Position numbers and translations under genes: made by a program
Virus record (IMG/VR): IMGVR_UViG_3300027707_001335
Coordinates: 1 to 27,202 of that record
Source of the DNA: a virus
Taxonomy: Duplodnaviria; Caudoviricetes
DNA: 27,202 nucleotides
Reading direction: 5' to 3' (one strand)
Notes under the pieces: model-generated
What the model was told of the DNA's origin: nothing
Seen by the model: only the letters and a program-made list of their open reading frames with translations
Database searches by the model: none
In this document: piece by piece, positions 7,993 through 14,952 of the stretch
Layout of the letters: each line of letters opens with the position of its first letter
How positions within the stretch are numbered: position 1 is the stretch's first letter

Positions 7993-10547
7993 ATTTTTTA
8001 AAAGACTTTCAAAAGTATGACCTTGGGCTTCATGGACTTAGAATGCCTGTCTTCGAAATTGATCAGAGGCACAAGACAAGACTTAAGTTAGCCGATTCAA
8101 CATCTAATTATGACTTTTTAAGGAGTCTAGCTAGAGAAGGTTTTTACAAACTTAATCTCGAAAAGGGAAGCGACCTTTATAAGAGGTACATTGATCGCGT
8201 TAATTACGAGTTACAGATTCTTCAAGAGCTAGAGTTCATCGACTATATCATCCTTATTTGGGATGTTATAAACTATTGCAGAGAGAACGATATTCCAACT
8301 GGACCCGGTAGAGGGTCTTGCGCCGGGTCTCTTCTCTTGTTTCTCATCGATGTAACCAAAATCGACCCAATTAAATACGAGTTATTTTTTGAGCGTTTTA
8401 TCTCGAAAGCCAGAGCGAAGAAAACGGTTATTGATGGAGTAACTTATTTTGATGGTTCTCTATTCCCTGATGTTGATCTTGATATTTGTTATTATAACAG
8501 ATATAAAGTAATTGCTTATCTTGAAGAGAAGTTCAAAGGTAAGACATCTAAGATCCTTACTCTAAATACTTTAAGCGCCAAACTATGCATTAAGGAATCA
8601 GGAAAAGTAGTAGCAGAGAAACAAGAGAGCGAAATGAACGATGTCTCTTCTTATATTCCTAAGCTTTTTGGCCAAGTGAAGAGTCTCGAAGAAGCAGTCA
8701 CTGAAAGCGAAAAATTTGCTCAATGGACTAGTGAAAATAGTGAAGTTTATAAGATTGCTTTAAAACTTCAGAATCTTAACAAGAATAAAGGCGTACACCC
8801 TTCTGGTCTTTTGTTAGCGCATTCTCTGCTTGAGGAGTCTTGTCCAGTAGAATTATCATCAGATAAGCAGGTTGTTTCAAGCTATGACATGAATAACGTT
8901 ACAGCTTATAATATTAAACTTGATTTGCTTGGCTTGCGAGGAGTATCGGTTGTAGACGATGTTTGTAAATCTCTTGGAATCAGATATGAGGATATTGATG
9001 TAAATGATGTTTTTATATATCAGCAATTACAAGACTTTAAGTTGCCTCATGGATTATTTCAAATTGAAGCAGAAACTAATTTTAAAGTATGCCAAAAAGT
9101 AAAACCCAAGAACCTTGAGCAGTTAAGCGGCGTATTAGCTCTTGCTCGTCCCGGTGCATTGCAGTTTATTGATAAGTACGCTAACTATACAAACAATAAT
9201 CATTACGAAAGTATCCATCCTTTCTTCGATGATATCTTGGGCGTAACTGGAGGAGTTTGCTTGTATCAAGAGCAGTTGATGAAAATGGTGAGCAAGGTTG
9301 GATTCTCACTTGACGAAGCAGAAATTGTTCGACGCTGCGTAGGCAAAAAGAAGGTCGAAGAGATGAAGGAGTGGGAGCAGAAGATTAAAGACAAGATCTC
9401 CCAGCAGAAACTTGACCCCAAGATTGGCGAAGTATTATGGAGAATTGCAAACGATTCAGCCAATTATCAATTTAATAAATCGCATTCAGTCTCATACGCT
9501 GCTCTTGCCGCAATATCTATTTATCTCAAATTTAAATATCCACAACAGTTCTTCTTGTCTTTGTTAAAAATGAGCAAGCATGAACCTGATGGTATTGGAG
9601 AAATATCCAAGATTGAAAAGGAGTTAATTTATTTTAATATTAAATTGTTTCCTCCTCATCTATTAAAATCAAAAGAAGAATTTTCTATTGAAGGCGAAAA
9701 TATTCGCTTCGGACTTTTATCTGTTAAAGGCATCAGCGAAAAGACTATCAAAGCTGTCAATGAGTTTAGAGGAGAATTTCAAAACAAATTTGATATCTTT
9801 GAAGCTGCTTCTCAAGCCAATTTAAATATTGGAGTGCTTTGCGCCCTTATCCAAGCGGGAGCCCTAGATGGAGACTTTAAGCAGTCAAGGAGCAAGATAG
9901 TCTACGAAGCACAGCTTTGGAACGTGTTAACCAACAAAGAAAAAGTAAATGCCAAACTATTTGGAGTAAACTTTGATTACGATTTAGTAAAAATCATTAT
10001 GCACATGAAAGACAATAAGGATGTGCAGGGCAAGCCTTACATCAAGGAGTCGAGACTCCAAACTATGAGGACTAAAGCGGACCCCTATAAAAAAATCTAT
10101 GAGATTAATAGCAAGTCAGAGAGTTTTGCTAATTGGTATTATGAGAATTCTATTATAGGTTATAGCGTAAGAAATAAATTGAGAGAAGTTTTTATCTCGA
10201 AGAAAGATGATTTAGTATATATAAAAGATATAGCTGACTTTGGCGAGAAGGACGAAGTATGTTTTATTGGAGTAATTAAAGAGTGCAAATCTGGAGTCTC
10301 AAGAGAGAAGAAGACCAGATATTTTAAAATGCAAATCTCAGATGAAACTTCTGTGATAAATACTATGATTTTCTCTGACAAAATAGACGAGATGCAAAAT
10401 CTTAACAATAGGATGCCAAAGGAAGAAGACATCGTTATCGTCACTGGGCAAAAGTTTGGAGACTCTGTTTTCGCTAGAATGGTAGCCATCCAAACGCATA
10501 CTGTTTACACCAAACTCTCCCAATTAAAAGCCGAAAAAAATAATTGA
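7989..10547 (+). CDS. dnaE: DNA polymerase III alpha catalytic core (palm/thumb/fingers/HhH/OB) lacking PHP; likely start 7989 rather than 7959
   Basis: GPGRGSCAGSL, LFFERFI, PDVDLD, GVHPSG, IKLDLLGL, GLFQIE, ALARPG, LYQEQLM, YQFNKSHS, IRFGLLSVKGI and a C-terminal OB fold. The ATG at 7989 forms an ATGA overlap with the exonuclease stop. Confidence 0.95.
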   Translation: MNFLKDFQKYDLGLHGLRMPVFEIDQRHKTRLKLADSTSNYDFLRSLAREGFYKLNLEKGSDLYKRYIDRVNYELQILQELEFIDYIILIWDVINYCRENDIPTGPGRGSCAGSLLLFLIDVTKIDPIKYELFFERFISKARAKKTVIDGVTYFDGSLFPDVDLDICYYNRYKVIAYLEEKFKGKTSKILTLNTLSAKLCIKESGKVVAEKQESEMNDVSSYIPKLFGQVKSLEEAVTESEKFAQWTSENSEVYKIALKLQNLNKNKGVHPSGLLLAHSLLEESCPVELSSDKQVVSSYDMNNVTAYNIKLDLLGLRGVSVVDDVCKSLGIRYEDIDVNDVFIYQQLQDFKLPHGLFQIEAETNFKVCQKVKPKNLEQLSGVLALARPGALQFIDKYANYTNNNHYESIHPFFDDILGVTGGVCLYQEQLMKMVSKVGFSLDEAEIVRRCVGKKKVEEMKEWEQKIKDKISQQKLDPKIGEVLWRIANDSANYQFNKSHSVSYAALAAISIYLKFKYPQQFFLSLLKMSKHEPDGIGEISKIEKELIYFNIKLFPPHLLKSKEEFSIEGENIRFGLLSVKGISEKTIKAVNEFRGEFQNKFDIFEAASQANLNIGVLCALIQAGALDGDFKQSRSKIVYEAQLWNVLTNKEKVNAKLFGVNFDYDLVKIIMHMKDNKDVQGKPYIKESRLQTMRTKADPYKKIYEINSKSESFANWYYENSIIGYSVRNKLREVFISKKDDLVYIKDIADFGEKDEVCFIGVIKECKSGVSREKKTRYFKMQISDETSVINTMIFSDKIDEMQNLNNRMPKEEDIVIVTGQKFGDSVFARMVAIQTHTVYTKLSQLKAEKNN

Positions 10548-10565
10548 TAAATCGGCTTTTTTCGG
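10526..10565 (+). terminator. Possible hairpin/terminator over the dnaE stop, with two alternative pairings
   Basis: AAAAGCCGA (10526-34) pairs with TCGGCTTTT (10552-60), whose T-run extends to 10562. Alternatively CCGAAAAAA (10531-39) pairs with TTTTTTCGG (10557-65). The 17-nt loop is long, which weakens the call. Confidence 0.35.
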
Positions 10566-10572
10566 GCAAAAT
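10544..10572 (+). promoter_or_regulatory. Sigma70-like promoter for the putative SSB gene
   Basis: TTGATA (10544-49), 17 nt, CAAAAT (10567-72); 9 nt before the ATG at 10582. Confidence 0.4.
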
Positions 10573-10581
10573 AATGTCTGA

Positions 10582-11163
10582 ATGAACCTACAATTTTACA
10601 AGGGAAATGCAAAAGTAACCGGAACTGCTTGCTCTTTTCAAACAAAGGGAACGTCTTTGTTCGTTAACTTCATTAAGCAGCATTCTTGGAATGAAGCCAA
10701 GAAGCTTGGGTCTTTTCGTGAGAACGCAAAAAACCCAGAAAAGACTACTGTTTTAAAGTTTAACGCAGTAGAGGCCGCAGGCATCGTAGATGCAATTGAA
10801 AAAAATGCAGAATATAAGTTTTATCACACTGCTCCCAATTCAAATGCAATGGGTAAGTTTTGCCCCTATCTAAGGGATGGCAATCAGATTGGTTTTTCTT
10901 TTAATGCCTCTAAAGAGCAAAAGGGAGACACTGTTAACAAGGTAAGTTTTTTGATTGGCTTTTCTTTTCCAGAGGCCGTTATGCTCAAGACTTTCCTTTT
11001 GGAATTTATTAGAAATTCTTTCTATCCTCAAGATGATATTGCTCCACAAAAGGAAGCTCAAGAAGAGGAAGCCCCAAAGAAGCCAGCGTATAATAAAATC
11101 CAACTAAATCAACCCGCTGCTCAGACTGAGGCAGAAGCTCAAGCAGAAGAACTCGTATTCTAA
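10582..11163 (+). CDS. Putative single-stranded DNA-binding protein, Whirly/PC4-like fold, with acidic tail
   Basis: FYKGNA, VLKFNAVEAAGIV, YKFYH, GFSFNAS and IGFSFPEAVML resemble Whirly-domain motifs. Ends in a P/Q/E/A-rich tail, EAQAEELVF, and lies directly after dnaE. Confidence 0.65.
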   Translation: MNLQFYKGNAKVTGTACSFQTKGTSLFVNFIKQHSWNEAKKLGSFRENAKNPEKTTVLKFNAVEAAGIVDAIEKNAEYKFYHTAPNSNAMGKFCPYLRDGNQIGFSFNASKEQKGDTVNKVSFLIGFSFPEAVMLKTFLLEFIRNSFYPQDDIAPQKEAQEEEAPKKPAYNKIQLNQPAAQTEAEAQAEELVF

Positions 11164-13070
11164 TGCGGAAAAAAAAGATAGTAATTCAAACGGACTGGTG
11201 CCTCGCCAAAACTGGATTCGGTAGGGCGGCGAAAGAACTAGTCTCTTATCTGTATAACACGGGTAAGTATGATATTATCCATTACTGCGGGGGAACCCAA
11301 GTGGGTTCTCCCGCTTTATCCAAGACTCCTTGGAAGAGCCTTGGGAGCGTCCCTACCGATCCAAACGAAATCAATAGAATCAATGCTGATCAAACTCTCG
11401 CAAGAGATGTTTCTTATGGCAGTTATTATATTGATCAAGTAATCAAAGAAGAGAAGCCTGACGTTTGGATTGGCGCACAAGATCCTTGGGCGTTCACTCA
11501 ATACTATAACAAGCATTGGTATAAGAACATCACTTCTCTGCTTTGGGTGACTCTTGATTCTCTGCCCATTTATGAAGAGGCGATTAATCAAGCTAAAAAG
11601 TCTTCTCAATATTGGATTTGGAGTGAGTTTGCCACGAATGAAATGCATAAAATTGGTATCAATAATGCCAAAACTGTGCATGGCCCAGTAAATCATTCTA
11701 AATTTAATTACTTGGGAGTAGAGAAGAAGAAGCAGCTAAAGGCTAATTTTGGACTTTCTGATTCTTTTATCGTTGGCTTCGTATTTAGAAATCAACTTCG
11801 CAAGTCCGTACCAAATCTATTAGAAGGATTTAGAGACTTCGTTAAAAATAATCCCGATGTTAAAAATGCAAAACTACTATTGCATACTCATTGGGGAGAA
11901 GGCTGGGACATCCACAAGCTTGCTGACGAATACAAGATAGACAGAAAAGATATTCAGACGACTTACGTTTGCAATAAATGTAAAAATTACTTTATCTCGC
12001 ACTTCCAAGGTCAAGAGCTAAATTGCCCCGTCTGCAAGTCCGAAAAGAGTTGCTCAACCACAAATACTGGATTTGGTGTCTCAGAAGAGCAGTTATGTGA
12101 GATTTATAATTTAATGGATGTATACTGCCATCCATTTACCAGCGGCGGTCAAGAGATTCCAATTCAGGAAGCCAAATATTGTGAACTACTAACTCTTGTT
12201 ACCAACTATAGTTGCGGTGAAGACATGTGTCACCCTGATGCTGGGTCTATTCCTTTGGAATGGTCAGAGTATAGAGAGCATGGGACGCAGTTTAGGAAAG
12301 CTTCAACATATCCTTCCTCTATTGCCAAGCAATTGCTCCGCGCCTATAAAATGTCTGAGTCAGACAGGAGGCAGTATGGCAAAAAAGCGAGGAAGTGGGC
12401 CATAGAGAACTATTCTGTCCCAATTATTGGAAAAATATTTGAACAATATATTGATTCTATTCCATTTACTACTTATGACTTTTCTTTAAAAGAAGAAGAA
12501 AAAGATCCTAATGCTTCCATCCCAAATATCTCTGATAATGGAGAATGGTTGATTTTTATGTACCATAATATTCTGAAGATGAAGCAAGTCAATCAGAATG
12601 ATGATGGATACAAGCATTGGATGAAAAAGCTCTCTGAAGGAGATCCTCGACAGAATATTGAAAATTATTTTCGTCAAGTAGCAACTCAAGAAAATCAAAA
12701 GAATATAAAAATAGATTTTGAAGATATTTTAGATTCTACTGACAAAGGAAAGCGTATTTTATTTGTAATGCCTGAAAGCATTGGAGATATTTATCTTTGC
12801 ACTGCTCTTCTCGAATCAATAAAGGAGACTTATCCTGATCATAATCTATATTTCGCCACTAAGAAAGAGTACTTCTCTGTACTCGAAGGCCACCCTTCTA
12901 TACATAGGATACTAGAATATATTCCTCAAATGGATAATTTACTATGGCTAGAAGGGCAGGGTAATCATCAAGGTTATTTTGAGATAGCCTTTTTACCTCA
13001 TATAGGGACTCAAAAGATATTAAACTATCTTCATAACGGCAAAGACAAGATTGCATTCGACATTAAATAA
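11163..13070 (+). CDS. Multidomain glycosyltransferase: GT4-like (GT-B) with Zn-ribbon insertion, DUF4214-like helical segment, and N-terminal half of a GT9
   Basis: KTGFGRAAKEL, FRNQLRKSVPNLLEGF, LLLHTH, YCHPFTSGGQEIPIQEA; CNKC-x14-CPVC; MYHNILK...DGYKHWMKKL; KRILFVMPESIGDIYLCTALLESIKETYPD...LEGHPSI. Confidence 0.85.
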   Translation: MRKKKIVIQTDWCLAKTGFGRAAKELVSYLYNTGKYDIIHYCGGTQVGSPALSKTPWKSLGSVPTDPNEINRINADQTLARDVSYGSYYIDQVIKEEKPDVWIGAQDPWAFTQYYNKHWYKNITSLLWVTLDSLPIYEEAINQAKKSSQYWIWSEFATNEMHKIGINNAKTVHGPVNHSKFNYLGVEKKKQLKANFGLSDSFIVGFVFRNQLRKSVPNLLEGFRDFVKNNPDVKNAKLLLHTHWGEGWDIHKLADEYKIDRKDIQTTYVCNKCKNYFISHFQGQELNCPVCKSEKSCSTTNTGFGVSEEQLCEIYNLMDVYCHPFTSGGQEIPIQEAKYCELLTLVTNYSCGEDMCHPDAGSIPLEWSEYREHGTQFRKASTYPSSIAKQLLRAYKMSESDRRQYGKKARKWAIENYSVPIIGKIFEQYIDSIPFTTYDFSLKEEEKDPNASIPNISDNGEWLIFMYHNILKMKQVNQNDDGYKHWMKKLSEGDPRQNIENYFRQVATQENQKNIKIDFEDILDSTDKGKRILFVMPESIGDIYLCTALLESIKETYPDHNLYFATKKEYFSVLEGHPSIHRILEYIPQMDNLLWLEGQGNHQGYFEIAFLPHIGTQKILNYLHNGKDKIAFDIK

Positions 13071-13071
13071 T

Positions 13072-14244
13072 ATGCACCTTTTAGAACAATACTCGCTAGC
13101 TTCTGGGGTCAAAATCAAGAAGCCATATATTTATGAAAAGTTCTTTCCGGTAACTGCCGATAAATATGTCACTTTCCATCCAAGCTCAAAAGCTTCAAAA
13201 ACTTATGATTACTGGCAAGAAGTAATAAATATTATTTCTCCAATCTTAGATAGCAAAGGCATTAAGATCCTTCAACTCGGACTGGAAAAAGAAAAAGTTT
13301 ATAGCGGTCTAATGAGTTTAGTAGGATTTACTAATATAAATCAAACAGCTTTTATTCTAAGAGATTCTCTGCTGCACTTTGGTGCAGATAGCTTTCCTAC
13401 TCATATTGCTTCAGGATACAATAAAAAAATTGTAGCCCTATACTCTAACAATTATATCAATTGTGTAAAACCTTTCTTTGGAAACCCAAAAGATCATATC
13501 CTTCTTGAGCCCAAAAGGAGCAGCAAGCCGACATTCTCCTTTGAAGAAAATCCTAAAACTATTAATACTATTAAACCAGAGACAATTGCTGCGAGCATAC
13601 TCACTCTTTTAGATATCCCTTATTCTAATTCAATTCAAACTCTTTATTTTGGCAATGATTACAATAATATGAGACTAGAGATGGTCCCTAATAAAATAGT
13701 CAATCCAAATCAATTTAATTCTAATAATATTGTAGTCAGAATGGATATTGAACATAATGAAAAACTTTTAAATGAACAGTTACAAGTTTGTCAATGTTTT
13801 ATTATTACAAATAGACCTGTTGACGCGAATCTCCTTTTAAATAATCAAAAAAACGTTGGCCGTATCTTCTATGAAATTAAAGAAGACAGCAGCCTAGAAT
13901 TCGTTAATTTTCTTGCTCATAAAAATATTTCTTATCAACTATTTACTTATTTACAAGGTAAGGAACTAGAAAAAGCTAAACTTAAGTATCTTGATCAAGA
14001 GATAATCGTAGAAATGCCAACGAATTTAAAGCAAAAAACAGGAATTGAATATACTGTAAATGCTTTTTATAAATCCAATAAGAGAATAATTAGTAATGGT
14101 AAAGTTTATTTAAGTGAATCTTCTCTTAAGAACGAAATAGAGGCAAAGCAGATTGCTGAACCAGTAGTCGATTGTCCAGAGTTTTGGAAAGAAGTTGAGA
14201 GCTTTTGGATTTTTAAAGTTGATAAGTCGCCGGTTACCGCATAG
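13072..14244 (+). CDS. C-terminal (donor-binding) half of a GT9/heptosyltransferase-like enzyme fused to an unknown domain; likely start 13072
   Basis: YVTFHPSSKASKTYDYWQEV, ILQLG, LVGFTNINQTAFIL and HFGADSFPTHIASGYNKKIVALYS (GT9 D-S-x-x-x-H motif). ATG lies 1 nt after the upstream TAA. Confidence 0.8.
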   Translation: MHLLEQYSLASGVKIKKPYIYEKFFPVTADKYVTFHPSSKASKTYDYWQEVINIISPILDSKGIKILQLGLEKEKVYSGLMSLVGFTNINQTAFILRDSLLHFGADSFPTHIASGYNKKIVALYSNNYINCVKPFFGNPKDHILLEPKRSSKPTFSFEENPKTINTIKPETIAASILTLLDIPYSNSIQTLYFGNDYNNMRLEMVPNKIVNPNQFNSNNIVVRMDIEHNEKLLNEQLQVCQCFIITNRPVDANLLLNNQKNVGRIFYEIKEDSSLEFVNFLAHKNISYQLFTYLQGKELEKAKLKYLDQEIIVEMPTNLKQKTGIEYTVNAFYKSNKRIISNGKVYLSESSLKNEIEAKQIAEPVVDCPEFWKEVESFWIFKVDKSPVTA

Positions 14245-14247
14245 TAT
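14219..14247 (+). promoter_or_regulatory. Sigma70-like promoter for the annealing-protein gene (possibly leaderless)
   Basis: TTGATA (14219-24), 17 nt, TAGTAT (14242-47). The GTG start follows 6 nt later with no Shine-Dalgarno. Confidence 0.5.
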
Positions 14248-14253
14248 ACCTAT

Positions 14254-14952
14254 GTGAATACCGTAAAGAAACTTGTTCGTTCCTCTGATGGCCTCATTGA
14301 AGGTGTAGAATACCATTTTAATGATGACGGCTCTATTAACTGGCGCAAAATGATTAAGCCAGAATTCCTTGTCCCAAATAGGGACAGAACTACTGAAACT
14401 GACGTAACTAAGCTAGAAGATAAAGATTTATTAATCCTTCTTGCTGGAATTAAATATGTAGCTCAACTTAGAGGATTCTCCTATGTCGATTACACCGTAA
14501 CCTCTCCAAGTTCAGACTATGTAGTGGCGGTTTGTAAAATAGAGTGGATTGCGAACTATGAAACGCAAGGGCATTCAATAGCCTTCTCTTCTATTGGCGA
14601 TGCTTCTCCCGGTAATACGAAAGATTTCGCTCGTCATTTCTTAGGTCCGATTGCAGAAAATAGAGCATTTATACGCTGTGTCCGAAACTTCTTAAAGATC
14701 AATATTGTTGGTCAAGATGAAATTGGCAAATCAAAAAATAATGTTGTCGATGACCCTTCTGAATCCTCGGCAGGATTTGAACCTCACGCTATACTTGAAA
14801 AAGTAATGAAAGATAAAAGCGTTACTTTTGCAAAATTAAAAGAACGCCTTATCAAAGAAGGTTACGTTAACGCAGACTCGTTTATGTCAATAGCCGACAT
14901 TCCAAAGATTAAAATCTTTGAAATGATTGAGAGAATTCAAAAGGCTAAGTAA
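14254..14952 (+). CDS. Putative ssDNA annealing protein (Rad52/Sak-like)
   Basis: ILLAGIKYVA...VVAVCKIEW...FSSIGDA...IAENRAFIRCVRNFLKI...DEI resembles the Rad52-superfamily core; replication context. Confidence 0.55.
   Translation: MNTVKKLVRSSDGLIEGVEYHFNDDGSINWRKMIKPEFLVPNRDRTTETDVTKLEDKDLLILLAGIKYVAQLRGFSYVDYTVTSPSSDYVVAVCKIEWIANYETQGHSIAFSSIGDASPGNTKDFARHFLGPIAENRAFIRCVRNFLKINIVGQDEIGKSKNNVVDDPSESSAGFEPHAILEKVMKDKSVTFAKLKERLIKEGYVNADSFMSIADIPKIKIFEMIERIQKAK

Noticed and set aside
6596-10547. Cyanobacterial-type split-intein DnaE, or programmed frameshift/readthrough fusing the three polymerase ORFs
   Set aside because: No intein N-terminal (C-[LF]...) or C-terminal (HN/SN-C) motifs are present. 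The junctions are out-of-frame ATGA overlaps, and the only slippery run (T TTT TTA, 7994-8000) lies after the exonuclease stop.
1-14952. Bacterial chromosomal origin (gmd, recA, dnaB, dnaG, dnaE)
   Set aside because: The proteins are highly divergent, clustered in a phage-style replication operon and adjacent to tail genes. No integrase or att site is visible, so prophage versus free phage cannot be determined from this window.
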